A DNA stretch of 64,000 nucleotides from an uncultured Candidatus Saccharibacteria bacterium (lineage in GTDB: Bacteria; Patescibacteriota; Minisyncoccia; Phycocordibacterales; Phycocordibacteraceae), in the NCBI GenBank assembly GCA_964607655.1, contig CAZSKX010000003.1:4160-68159 (forward strand), given 5' to 3'. A model generated the notes under the pieces. The model was given only the letters and a program-made list of their open reading frames with translations, made no database searches and was not told where the DNA came from. Shown here piece after piece: positions 11,254-21,723 of this stretch (positions are counted from its first letter, which is position 1; each line of letters opens with the position of its first letter). The position numbers and the translations under genes are program-made.

Positions 11254-11672
11254 TTTAGCCCACATTACTGTGGGGATCGGACTGTAACTTACTCCGGTCT
11301 GGAGCATCAACATTCAGTCTCTACGGGCTTGTCATCGTGAACTTCGCGAAGGGCTCGAGAGTAATCTCGAGCAAAAGAACGTCGATCCGGTGACGGATCA
11401 GGTGCGCACTGATCCGTCACCGGGAAGAGAGGCGCTGTACAGCGCGGCCCTTCGCGAAGTTCACGATTAGATTCCCTCGGTATTACCCACGTGGGGCTCT
11501 ACCGATATCAGTTGATTTGTTCATACGCATTCCTGCGTATGACCGCCGTGATTATTTGTTGGCTTCTACTTTCTCTTTCATAGACGAAAAAACATTTCTG
11601 ATTTGACAACAATCTTCGATGAGGATTCAGACGGTGCGAGTGTCGACACAGGAGTGTCAACAGCCGCACGGT
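11254..11672 (-). other. ~420-nt intervening sequence in 23S domain V (E. coli ~2590-2596 equivalent), no ORF
   Basis: The exon homology 'GGTACGCGAGCTGGGTTCAGA' / 'GCGTGAGACAGGTTGGTCTCCTATCTAC' is interrupted. The insert contains a nested inverted repeat (11336-11465). Confidence 0.5.
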
Positions 11673-12323
11673 CTGAACCCAGCTCGCGTACCTTTTTAAA
11701 TGGCGAACAGCCATACGCTTGGGACCTTCTCCAGCCCCGCGCTAAGGTGAGCCGACATCGAGGTGCCGAACTCCGCCGTCGCTATGGACGCTTGGGCGGA
11801 ACTAGCCTGTTATCCCCAGGGTAACTTATATCCGTTAATCTCTGGCCGCATCTAAGGCGTACCATCGGTTCACTAGACTCTGCTTTCGCATCTGCTTGGG
11901 ATGTCCCCCTCGCAGTTAAGCCCGCTTGTGCTCTTACACTATCGCCACGGTTTCCATTCGCGGCTAGCGGACCTTAATAGACTCCTCCGTTACTCTTTAG
12001 GAGGATAGCGCCCCACCAAAACTACCCGTCACGCACGGTCCCCATGTGGATCCCACATAGGTTAGGCACTGTACATTGCAAGAACGGTATTTCACTGACG
12101 ACTCCACGCCACCCGAAAGCGACGCTTCAAAGTCTCCCGTCTATTCTACGCATGCAACACGCAGGGCCAATACGAAACTGTAGTAAAGCTCCTGGGGTCT
12201 TTTCGTCTAACTACAGGTATCCGGCATCTTCACCGGAAGTGCATTTTCACCGAGCAAGTCCTCGAGACAGTTTCCCAGTCATTACACCATTCGTGCACGT
12301 CGGAACTTACCCGACAAGGAATT

Positions 12324-12523
12324 ACGCTCTTCGATTCCTTTTAGCACGCGAAGGACCATATCTTATCCCTTCTTGGCGAAGGGTTTTGACGTATGGCCTC
12401 TCATTTGAGTCAAGTTGGACGACGTACGGATTACTCCATACGCAGGTAACTTGGCGTATTTTTATTCTGTTTACTCCTACAATCGTCCTAGTCCTTCCGG
12501 ACGCGACTCGCGTCGTGTCCGGA
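12324..12523 (-). other. ~200-nt intervening sequence in 23S domain IV (E. coli ~1917-1925 equivalent)
   Basis: The conserved 'AACTATAATCGTCCTAAGGT' / 'ATTCCTTGTCGGGTAAGTTCCGAC' is interrupted. The insert contains the long hairpin 'ccggacgcgactcgcgtcgtgtccgg'. Confidence 0.45.
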
Positions 12524-13347
12524 ACCTTAGGACGATTATAGTTATCGCCGACATTCACCGGGGCTTACACAGTCCAGCATCACACCGAAGTATGGTACCG
12601 CCCGTGGTTGACCTTCCGGCATTGGTCAGGTGTCACCCCCTATACATCCTCTTACGAGTTCGCAGGGAGCTGTGTTTTTGGTAAACAGTTGCCAGGAAAA
12701 CTTTCGCTGCGGCCGCTCTTGCGAGCGGCAGGCCTTATCCCTAAGTTACGGCCGCTTTTTTGCCGAGTTCCTTGAGGACCTCTTACTCGTTCATCTAGGT
12801 CTTCTCGACCAGACCACCTGTGTCGGTTTGCGGTACGGTCGCACCTATGGTTAATGCTTAGAAGTTTTTCTTGAAACCGCGCTCTCTGCTCTTTCTCCCT
12901 CCGTAGAAGGAAATTGTACCGACGCTCGGGATAATGCGTACCGGATTTGCCTAGTACACGCCCTCACGCAAGTAACTCCAATCCAATAAGAAGCAGCAGA
13001 TACAGCCGTTCGTCACTCCATAGCCCATAAATACGGTCAGGGAATATTAACCCTGTGTCCATCGGGTGCGGCTCTCGCCATCCCCTTAGGCCCGACTAAC
13101 CCTCAGTTGATCACCATAGCTGAGGAAACCTCGGTCTTTCGATGTGCGGGGTTCTCACCCGCATTGTGGTTACTTGTACCGACATTCTCACTTCTGTACG
13201 CTCCACGCTGGGTTACCCCTTACGCTTCAGTGCGAACAGAACGCTCTCCTACCGCGTGCATTCCAGCGAAGGAATGCACACCCGCAATTTCGGCACGACA
13301 TTTAACCCCGATCATCTTCGGCGCAAGGACTCTCGATTAGTGAGCTG

Positions 13348-13390
<43 letters not shown>

Positions 13391-13966
13391 AACTGTCTGT
13401 GAGTCCTCACTTCCTTGTGATGTACTTAATGTCGATTTTGGGGCCTTAATTGGCGATCCGGGCTCTTCCCCTCTCGATCGATGGAGCTTCGCCCCCACCT
13501 TCTAACTGCCACTCGGGCAATGGGTATTCGGAGTTTGATAGGAACCACGAGATTGCTCCCTGTTGGTCCCTTCCAGTGCTCTACCCCCCATTACACTTAA
13601 TAGTGACGCCAGCCCAAAAGCTGTTTCGGAGAGAACCAGCTATTCCCAGGTTCGATTAGCTTTTCACTCCTTACCACAAGTCATCCCAACGCGTTGTACG
13701 ACGAACGGGTTCGGGCCTCCATCTGTCTTTCGACAAACTTCACCCTGCTCATGGTAAGCTCACCTGGCTTCGGGTCGTATATATCCTACCAACGCGCTAT
13801 TAACACTCGGTTTCCCTACAGCTCCGCCCCGGAAGGGCTTAGCTACGCAAGATATATCCACTCGTCGGCTCATTCTTCAATAGGCATGCCGTCACGGATG
13901 CAAGCATCCGCTCCGACCCCTTGTAAGTACACGGTTTCAGTTCTATTTCACTCCCCTCTCGGGGTG

Positions 13967-14007
<41 letters not shown>

Positions 14008-14851
14008 TAGGATGTATTTAGCCTTACCGGTTAGTTCCGGCAGATTCACTCGAGCTATTCATGTCTCGAGCTACTCAAGAATACGAACAAGAGTCGTCAT
14101 GCATTTCGCATACGGGGCCATTACCCTCTAGGGCGCTGCTTCCCAACAGCTTCTGCTATACAGACGATTGGTAACTCTTTCCATACAAGTATGGTGTTCG
14201 CATCTTACAACCCCGCTATCCGAAGATAGCGGTTTGGGCTTTTCCCTTTTCGCTCGCCGCTACTTGGGGTATCACGAGAGTCGCTTTCAATGTGCACAAA
14301 CATAATGCGCACACTGAAAGCAACTCGTATTGTTCTCTTTTCCTCTCGGTACTGAGATGTTTCACTTCCCGAGGTTCGCTCCACACAGGCGTTACCCCGT
14401 GGGTTCCAGTTCAAGCTGGAGGGTTTCCCCATTCGGACATCTACGGATCACAGGCTACAAACCGCCTCCCCGAAGCTTTTCGCAGGTTAGTCACGTCCTT
14501 CATCGCCATCCTAAGCCTAGGCATCCACCGTGCACTCTTAATTGTCTCTCATGCGGAGACCTATATACCACAATCATTATTTGCACTTTGATTACCCCGT
14601 CGCTTTCGCAACGAGGCTTTCATTTACCTTTGCTACCCAGCCTTGCTGGCTCACCAACAAGACTGGGCTATTCGTATGTCAAATGTCACGTGTCCCCTCG
14701 AAACGAAAACCGCCCCCTCGGGGCGGTTCGCGTTTACAAACGCGCGGCATTTCTGCCTATCCCCGGATTAGGTTGGTTTGTAATTTCGTAGACACGTAGA
14801 ACCGAGTATATAGGAGGCGCTAAACCCTGTCAACTTAACCCCTCATCTAAC

Positions 14852-14878
14852 GGAAAACCGCCCCTTGCGGGGCGGTTT
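14852..14878. terminator. rho-independent terminator hairpin (repeat family AAAACCGCCCCTTGCGGGGCGGTTTT)
   Basis: 'aaaaccgccccttgcggggcggttttc' immediately after the stop of the 14899 gene. A variant copy lies at 14702-14728 and a near-identical copy at 19708-19735. Confidence 0.65.
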
Positions 14879-14898
14879 TCTTTTAGACGAGCCGAAGC

Positions 14899-15582
14899 TT
14901 AGTCCTTGATCTCTGCTGAGAGATGATCGATGTAGCGAGCGGCTGCATTCTGGCCACCGAGGCCAAAGGCGAGACCGAGCGCGAGTGAGAGTGCAATAAC
15001 CACACCCGTGAAGAGGGTCTGGACGAATACTGTCGCGACCTGAAGCTGTGCGAGCGCTGCAAGAATCGCGAAGATCCAGATAGCGTAGCGGGTTACCTTG
15101 CCGATGAGTCCTGCCTGACCAATCTTTGCGGCACGGGCTGAGCCCGAGATCACACGCTCCGCTGCCTCGGCGAGTACCGCGGCGACGATGAGAATAAGAG
15201 CTGCGACAATTACCTGCGGGAGGTAGCCGAGTACCACTTCGGTGAGGAAGAGGTTCACCGTATCGAGGCCAAGCACGTTAAGCGAGGCCACCAAGAAGAC
15301 GATGATAAAGAACCACTCGACAAGCGACCCGAGGAACTTACCCGCTGAAAGTTGGAATCCGGCACGAGAGAGCACACGCTCGAGGCCGGTGGCGCGGAGC
15401 GCGTGGTCGACGCGGAGCGCGTCAACCACCTGCTTCACAACACGCCCGACCCCAACGCCGATGAGCCATCCTACGATGAAGATGACAATGGCTACGATTA
15501 AGTTCGGGATGAACGCAACCACTCCGTAGAACAAATTGTTGAAGGATTGGCTGAGGACATCCGCCCAGGTATTGAACACCAT
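14899..15582 (-). CDS. membrane protein with conserved TM-helix repeats (PF05552-like)
   Basis: Four TM segments with a repeated '...VDALRVDHALRATGLERVL...' pattern. Confidence 0.55.
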   Translation of the reverse strand: MVFNTWADVLSQSFNNLFYGVVAFIPNLIVAIVIFIVGWLIGVGVGRVVKQVVDALRVDHALRATGLERVLSRAGFQLSAGKFLGSLVEWFFIIVFLVASLNVLGLDTVNLFLTEVVLGYLPQVIVAALILIVAAVLAEAAERVISGSARAAKIGQAGLIGKVTRYAIWIFAILAALAQLQVATVFVQTLFTGVVIALSLALGLAFGLGGQNAAARYIDHLSAEIKD

Positions 15583-15658
15583 AGTAAATACAGCTTTTTA
15601 TTATGCGATTAAGTACTCGTCTAAGGGGCACGAGTATCTGCCCATCAGTATACCATTT

Positions 15659-16228
15659 CTAGAGCCCTATTTTATCGATCAGGATGCGGTGTGGATAGTC
15701 AAAAACGTCCCGAAGTAGGCGGTCATAGACTCCGAGCCGATAGCGAAAGTCAGGGGTAGTAAAGAAGGCAAAACGCAGTTCCCTGCCGAGCTCCGCTTCG
15801 AGTGAGTGCACAGAGTTCAGGAGGACGCGTTCATCAAGAGAATCCCCTACGACAAGTAAGTCTATTTGTGGTTCGAGAATGCCGGAGAACAGGCCAGAAA
15901 GCGCGACCAGCTTGAGCGTTCCTGCTCGTCGCAGGGTTGCGATAATGTCCTGCGGTCGGACGTTGGTAGTCTCGCGAATAAAGGTCTCAAGCGCTCCAAA
16001 GTGTTCGAAGCTTGTATTTATCTGATAGCGCGCTGGACTCTGGCTCCCCTTCTTTCGCAGGAGTTTGATCGAGGTCAGGTCGGCAAGTTCTTTGCGGGCT
16101 GCGTCTTTAGAGATTTTCGTCCTCTGCGCCACCTCGACCGCTGAGAATGCCGTGTCTTTATTGAAGAGAAAGAGGCGGATGGTCTTCAGGCGGGCTGGAG
16201 AGCCGAAGAGCTTTGCGAGCGGTTCCAT
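15659..16228 (-). CDS. hypothetical protein with N-terminal winged-helix DNA-binding-like domain
   Basis: 'ARLKTIRLFLFNKDTAFSAVEVAQRTKISKDAARKELADL' HTH-like N-terminus. I recognise no family. Confidence 0.45.
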   Translation of the reverse strand: MEPLAKLFGSPARLKTIRLFLFNKDTAFSAVEVAQRTKISKDAARKELADLTSIKLLRKKGSQSPARYQINTSFEHFGALETFIRETTNVRPQDIIATLRRAGTLKLVALSGLFSGILEPQIDLLVVGDSLDERVLLNSVHSLEAELGRELRFAFFTTPDFRYRLGVYDRLLRDVFDYPHRILIDKIGL

Positions 16229-16261
16229 ACTATTCTGCCTAGTGTACGGGGTTGTGGGACA

Positions 16262-16292
16262 AAACGCAAAACGCCCCGAAAGGGGCGTTTTG
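16262..16292. terminator. terminator hairpin
   Basis: 'aaaacgccccgaaaggggcgttttgtcc'. Confidence 0.6.
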
Positions 16293-16402
16293 TCCTTTAT
16301 TGTCCTTGAGTAGCTTACTTAAGCGTAACCTTGTCACGCATAAATCTCTGCTGAGATTTTGCGCGACCCCACCTCGGCGCCGTCGCGCCTGCGGTTCAAA
16401 GG

Positions 16403-16768
16403 TTACTTAAGCGTAACCTTTGCCCCAGCGTCCGTAAGCTTCTTAGAAAGCTCGGCAGCATCTTCCTTCTTCATGCCGGTCTTGAGCATTGAAGGTACTC
16501 CGTCAACGAGATCCTTCGCCTCCTTGAGTCCGAGCGCGAGAGCCTCCTTGACCACCTTGATCACCGCGATCTTGGTAGCACCTGAGTCCGTAAGCTCGAG
16601 GTCAACGGTCGACTTTCCTTCCTCTTCTGCAGCCCCTGCTGCAGCTGGGCCAGCGGCTGCGACCGCCGTCGCCGAGACGCCCCACTTCTCTTCGATGGCC
16701 TTCACGAGCGTGTTGAGCTCGAGAACGGTCATCTTCTCTACTGCATCAATAATCTGTTCCTGAGTCAT
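16403..16768 (-). CDS. rplL: 50S ribosomal protein L7/L12
   Basis: '[31 protein letters not shown]', an Ala-rich hinge, and C-terminal '...AKVTLK'. An AAAGGA SD lies 7 nt upstream. Confidence 0.9.
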   Translation of the reverse strand: MTQEQIIDAVEKMTVLELNTLVKAIEEKWGVSATAVAAAGPAAAGAAEEEGKSTVDLELTDSGATKIAVIKVVKEALALGLKEAKDLVDGVPSMLKTGMKKEDAAELSKKLTDAGAKVTLK

Positions 16769-16842
16769 AATTATCCTTTAATTTTTGCCATCCCAGTACC
16801 ACAAACTTGCTATCGCTCGTTTGGCTACGGGACAAGCCTCAC

Positions 16843-17337
16843 CTACGCTGTCTTCGTCTTTGCTACTTCACTGAGTGCAAGAGCGAAACGCTGTCGTGGC
16901 GAGTTAATAATATTTGCGAACATGCCGCGGAGTGCTGGAAGCGGAGGAATCGTCGCGACGGCAGTAATACCTGCCTTGTCAGCAAACGTTCCGTCGAAGA
17001 CGCCTCCGAGGAGCGCGACTGCACCCTTCAGCTTCTTGCCGTATTCGTGCACCAAGCGAGCCGGCGCTGTTACGTCGTCTGTTGTCCACGCGACGGCAAC
17101 TTCTCCTGGGAGTTCTGGAACCGTGCCCTCATATCCTCGACCGCCAAGCGCCTTCTTGATCAAGGTCTTCTTCGCGACGAAGTACTGTACTCCGCTCTTA
17201 CGGAGATCGTCACGCATCTTTGATACGTCCGCAACCGTAAGCTTGTTGAACCCCACAAACGCTACCGACGACGCCTCCTTAAAGGCACCCTCGAGCTTCG
17301 TGAGAATTTCAGTCTTTTTGTTTTTGGTAATTGCCAT
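16843..17337 (-). CDS. rplJ: 50S ribosomal protein L10
   Basis: 'FVGFNKLTVADVSKMRDDLRKSGVQYFVAKKTLIKKAL' L10 signature. Confidence 0.9.
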   Translation of the reverse strand: MAITKNKKTEILTKLEGAFKEASSVAFVGFNKLTVADVSKMRDDLRKSGVQYFVAKKTLIKKALGGRGYEGTVPELPGEVAVAWTTDDVTAPARLVHEYGKKLKGAVALLGGVFDGTFADKAGITAVATIPPLPALRGMFANIINSPRQRFALALSEVAKTKTA

Positions 17338-17677
17338 GCTGTGTATATGCCGAAAATTAATTCGGTTTTGTACGAACGAACGAAAAAGGAGATTTCGACC
17401 TATTATGGTCTCCCTGCGCCGGACTTATGCGCGTATCGCGCAGCCAACGGTCTTTGGTTCGTACCGCCCCACTCTACCAAACAACCTCTCAGCGGGCAAC
17501 CATTACCCCATCGCACTCGTGAGACGGAGCGCGAAGAGTGCGAGCGCGATGATGGTCGCGAAGCCGGTCGTAAACTTAACGAATTCGACGAAAAACGGGA
17601 TCATCCTCCGCTCCTTCTCCTGTCGTGACTCCCCTTTCCCTACTGGTAGTGCCATACCTCTAGTATACTGCTCCGTC
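17338..17677 (-). promoter_or_regulatory. 340-nt leader upstream of rplJ (candidate L10-leader autoregulatory RNA)
   Basis: A long untranslated leader precedes the rplJ-rplL operon, the classical site of L10(L12)4 feedback. No motif was verified. Confidence 0.25.
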
Positions 17678-19681
17678 CTAGATCTGCCGGAAGAAGTACA
17701 TGCTAATTTCCGGAAAGTCTTTCTTCGACTGTTCTACATACTTCAAAATATGCTGGCTCGTCTCGACGCCAGGATTAAGGTCTAGGCCGTCTGTTGCTAC
17801 CGCACGCGCTTCGGCAAACTTACCTTCATATACGTAACTTACGGCCTTCATCCAGTACGGCGCGGGATGCTGCGGGACCAGAGCGACAGCTTTGTCTAGC
17901 ACTGCGCGTGCCTCCACAAAGTCCTCCTTACCGAGAATCGCCTGGTACATAAGAATATCTGCGAGACCTAAGTGTGCCCGAAAGTTTGTGGGATTTGCTT
18001 GAACATATGCTCGATATTCTGCCGTGTAGAGCTCTGCTTCTTGCGCCAGAGCCACAACTTTCGTCTGGTCACTGAGCACGCTCGGCTTCTCCGCAATACC
18101 GCGCTGAAAATCAACAACTGTGCGCCAGAGGAACGTCTGTTTGTCGAGGGGCGAGTTAAAAAGATCGGGATACAGTGGCAACCGCCTCTCTGCCGAACCA
18201 ACTGTGCGGATCGCCTCGTTTGCAATCTGTGCTTTCGTGAAAGGCACAACACCTACTAGTAGCGACCAGACCAGAAAGACGCTCAACGTCCCTGCGGCAG
18301 CGTAGACTGCCGCTGGAGGGACCGCAACCGTAGCCACACCAGGATTTTTATCTTGCCACGCTTTTTGTGTCACCACCCCCGCAAGAACAAACACGAGTGC
18401 GAGCATCGGGTATGAGATTGAGGTGTCAAAAGCGGTTTGCAGCTCGGCAAGATGGAGTGGAAAATAGACGATCAGCACGCCCGCAAGGTAGCGATCGCCA
18501 CGCGATGTGGTATTGAGCAGCGCGTACAGTAGACCAACAGCGACCAGGAGGTATACCAAGAGGTATAGGACAAGACCCACCCTACCGTTATCGAGCATCT
18601 GGTCGATGTAGACATTGTGGGCACGGTCAAACCACGCTTCGTTACCGTTGTCTTTTTGCAAGAGCCGGCTGTCAAAATTCTTTTCAAACACACGCTCGAA
18701 GTTGTCCGCGCCCCAGCCGAAGGCCGGCCGCTGGCTGATCGCCTTTTCAGATATCTCCCACACCAAAGGGCGCGCCTGTGTTCCTTGGCTTAAGTAAAGC
18801 TCGCGTACATAGCCGTTTGGCGAGAGCAACGAGAGAGACGCTGCTCCGGCCACACACACTCCGAACGCGAAGAGTCCCCACGCCGCCTTCGCTCGAACTT
18901 CTCTCTGCCTGATCTTCGACATCACCCAGATTCCAAAAATAAACACGAGCGACAAACCAAGCGCCAAGGTTGACGCTCTTGCCGCACCTATAATCTGCCC
19001 GGAAAAGTCGCCCCTGAGGATCTGTACGTTTAGAAAGGCCGGATTCACCACCAGGAGCACGGGCAACAGATACATCCACCACATGCGTTTTGGCGCACTC
19101 GCTAGGTAATAGAGTGCTAGCAGAAACGCTCCGAAGAGGTACATGCCGGCGAAAGTGCTGTTACCGAAGGTAAATGCATCGAGCGAATACGAAGGGAAAA
19201 TCAGCCCAAGACCACGGGCACTGAACAGATACAAAACTGAGTAGAGCGCGGTCGAGACCGTCACCACGAGCACGAGGCGACGGCGCACCTGCTCACGCTC
19301 AAGGAGACCCCACAGTGGAAGCATAAAAACGCCCAGCGAGAGTAAGTACCACGCACCGGTCATGCGTGTAGAAACTGACCAAAAAGTAGTCCCCCAATTT
19401 TCACCCAACAACCCAGAAAGAACGAGACTCCCTAGATAGATCAAAAGCGCACCAAGAGCGGGCGCCATTGCCGTGTGGATCCCCTTCCCTCTCGCCGAGA
19501 CCGACCAGACGGCGCAAGCAATACCGATGATGGCACTAAATATGATCAAATTGAGCGAGCGCGTTGAGCTCGGACCGTACAGAAAACCGTTATAGACGAT
19601 AAAAGGAAACGTGGCAAAAAAGAGATAGTATGCCCACTCTACCGAGCGCCAAAATGCGCCCCGCATGTCATCTATATGCAT
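17678..19681 (-). CDS. O-antigen ligase/Wzy-like polytopic membrane protein with C-terminal TPR repeats
   Basis: About 12 TM helices and a periplasmic loop, followed by TPR-like 'AHLGLADILMYQAILGKEDFVEARAVLDKAVALVP'. Confidence 0.55.
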   Translation of the reverse strand: MHIDDMRGAFWRSVEWAYYLFFATFPFIVYNGFLYGPSSTRSLNLIIFSAIIGIACAVWSVSARGKGIHTAMAPALGALLIYLGSLVLSGLLGENWGTTFWSVSTRMTGAWYLLSLGVFMLPLWGLLEREQVRRRLVLVVTVSTALYSVLYLFSARGLGLIFPSYSLDAFTFGNSTFAGMYLFGAFLLALYYLASAPKRMWWMYLLPVLLVVNPAFLNVQILRGDFSGQIIGAARASTLALGLSLVFIFGIWVMSKIRQREVRAKAAWGLFAFGVCVAGAASLSLLSPNGYVRELYLSQGTQARPLVWEISEKAISQRPAFGWGADNFERVFEKNFDSRLLQKDNGNEAWFDRAHNVYIDQMLDNGRVGLVLYLLVYLLVAVGLLYALLNTTSRGDRYLAGVLIVYFPLHLAELQTAFDTSISYPMLALVFVLAGVVTQKAWQDKNPGVATVAVPPAAVYAAAGTLSVFLVWSLLVGVVPFTKAQIANEAIRTVGSAERRLPLYPDLFNSPLDKQTFLWRTVVDFQRGIAEKPSVLSDQTKVVALAQEAELYTAEYRAYVQANPTNFRAHLGLADILMYQAILGKEDFVEARAVLDKAVALVPQHPAPYWMKAVSYVYEGKFAEARAVATDGLDLNPGVETSQHILKYVEQSKKDFPEISMYFFRQI

Positions 19682-19707
19682 ATTTCCAAGTATACCAAAT
19701 ACAAAAC

Positions 19708-19735
19708 CGCCCCTTGCGGGGCGGTTTTGTATTGC
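19708..19735. terminator. terminator hairpin (same repeat family as 14852)
   Basis: 'aaaaccgccccttgcggggcggttttg'. Confidence 0.65.
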
Positions 19736-19785
19736 TAGGCCATTATCCTAGCCGGACAGAGCTTTCGCTATCTGTAGACGATTCC

Positions 19786-21723
19786 TTAGTTAAGACCTGT
19801 GTATGAGGTCTTGAAGGAGTCGAGACTTGAGTTGTAGACATTGTTCGGAGTTGCATCCGTTCCATCGGTCGTCCATGAGACTCCAGAGAGTGACACACGG
19901 AACTGACCTGCTGCGCCAGCAGCTGGGAGCTGAACCGTCGTCGTGATTTCGAAAGTCTCAGAATCACCCTCTTCGATCTGGTAGAGGCCAGCCGTGTTCT
20001 TAGTGGTGTCAGTGAGGTTCGCAATCGTGACTGAGGTTCCGCCAATAGTCGCCGTACCTGCGCGGTCAACCAAGACTGACGTCTTGCCGGTGGTTACACC
20101 AGAAAGCATTGCATCAGCGAGGCTCGACACGTATATCGTGTCACCAATCGCAGTTACCTTGAACTTGATGCGGAAGGTAGCCTGGTCATCGCTTGCTCCG
20201 TTGCCAGCAGCAATCGAGACGCTAGGAGAACCATCGAGCGTAAGACCAATGCCGTTTACACGGAACTCTTGGTACTTACCCGTTGCGGTGCCTGACTTCA
20301 CGCCTGAGGCGAGCTGGTCACCTTGTGCGTTCTCAATATCGATGTACTGGCGGTTGGTGCCGGTAACATCTGCCTTAAGAACACTGCCTGCTGCGAAGCC
20401 AGTGCCGATCTTGTTGATATCAGCAAGTACTTCGAAGTTGACGGTGTCTCCTGCCTCGAGGTCGAGGTCGAGACGATCAAACGTGACTGTCGCCGCGCTT
20501 GCGCTTGAGCTAACAGACTCCGTGTAGGTCTTGCCGTCAATCTTCAGCTTGACTGATCCCGTGACAGCAACAACGCCGCCAGAAGCATCAGTCGTGAAGG
20601 TTACTGGGAGCTCGTTGAGGAGCACGTCTTCTGTGCCACCGACCTTCATGCGGCCCTTCAAGAGGGTCACATTGTTGGTCTTCACCGTCTCGCTGACTAC
20701 AACAATACCCTGAGCTGGTGAGCTTGAGTCTGTTGAGATCTTGAGATCAGTGTTTGCAGCTGTACCGAAGTCAACGAAGTTGATACCTACCTCATTACCT
20801 ATCTCGAAGTCTGAGGTCGTGGTGTAAACACCTGAACCGTCAATGTAGCGGACGCTAGTTACCGCGACCGTCCAGGAGTCACCAGAGATGTCGCCTGAGT
20901 CAATCGTCGTTGCTGCATCCACTGCTACGTAAAGCGTAGCAGTCTCATCAGCCTCGATGGTAGTGTCGCCACTGAGCGAAATAGTCTTTGAGTAGACCGT
21001 GCCGCTCTTGCTGAACTCGTCTACATCTGCTGAGCCGATCTTCTTGCTTCCAAGGTAGACCGAGACGCTCTTGATGTAGCGGTTGAGGCGAGTAGAACCA
21101 CTGGTGTCTGCATAATCGAAGGCCACACGAACTGACTTGAGCGCGACGTCTCCGTCAGTCGAGGTCTCAATGTCTGCACCGAGCACCTGTACGTTCTTAC
21201 CACCTTCTGCAACCTCCTCGTTGCTCAAAGAGCCGAGAAGTGTGAAGCCCTCAATGGTACCGTCGGTACCCTTGAGCGTGCCAGTTGAATCCGGCGTGGT
21301 CGTGCTTACGCAAGGAAGACCCGTGTTCGGATCAAACTTGGTTGCGCAGGTTGAGCTGCCCGGTGTACCAGGAGCTGCAGTGAAAGCTGCGCGCGAGATA
21401 GGACCGAAGTAGCCAACTGCAGGAGCAATGTTGTTTGCTGACTGCCACTTAGCTACTGCTGACTGGGTAAGAGGACCGAAGTATCCCATCGATACGCCAA
21501 CTGGCATAACGAGGTATCCCTTCGCGACAAGTGCTGCCTGGAGGCAGATAACTTGTGCACCGGTTGAACCAATCGTCAAGTCAGACGTGATGGTGCAGGT
21601 AGCCCCTGCATCAGGTGTCTGCGCGTGTACTGCAGGAACAAACGAGAGCATCGCTGATGCCATCGCAAGTGACGCAGCCACAGCAGCAACCTTTGCGGAT
21701 GCCTTTGTAGTTACAATTTGCAT
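19786..21723 (-). CDS. secreted cell-surface (S-layer-like) protein with two peptidoglycan-binding-like domains and a Thr/Ser/Gly-rich beta-rich region
   Basis: Signal peptide 'MQIVTTKASAKVAAVAASLAMASAMLSFVPAVHA'. Two 'GSTGAQVICLQAALVAKGYLV...' PG_binding_1-like repeats are followed by about 450 aa of low-complexity T/S/G/V-rich sequence. Confidence 0.55.
   Translation of the reverse strand: MQIVTTKASAKVAAVAASLAMASAMLSFVPAVHAQTPDAGATCTITSDLTIGSTGAQVICLQAALVAKGYLVMPVGVSMGYFGPLTQSAVAKWQSANNIAPAVGYFGPISRAAFTAAPGTPGSSTCATKFDPNTGLPCVSTTTPDSTGTLKGTDGTIEGFTLLGSLSNEEVAEGGKNVQVLGADIETSTDGDVALKSVRVAFDYADTSGSTRLNRYIKSVSVYLGSKKIGSADVDEFSKSGTVYSKTISLSGDTTIEADETATLYVAVDAATTIDSGDISGDSWTVAVTSVRYIDGSGVYTTTSDFEIGNEVGINFVDFGTAANTDLKISTDSSSPAQGIVVVSETVKTNNVTLLKGRMKVGGTEDVLLNELPVTFTTDASGGVVAVTGSVKLKIDGKTYTESVSSSASAATVTFDRLDLDLEAGDTVNFEVLADINKIGTGFAAGSVLKADVTGTNRQYIDIENAQGDQLASGVKSGTATGKYQEFRVNGIGLTLDGSPSVSIAAGNGASDDQATFRIKFKVTAIGDTIYVSSLADAMLSGVTTGKTSVLVDRAGTATIGGTSVTIANLTDTTKNTAGLYQIEEGDSETFEITTTVQLPAAGAAGQFRVSLSGVSWTTDGTDATPNNVYNSSLDSFKTSYTGLN

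Noticed and set aside
16922-17785. 287-aa + strand ORF
   Set aside because: It is antisense to rplJ and its leader, and has Ser/Thr/Arg-rich composition typical of a GC-rich antisense frame.
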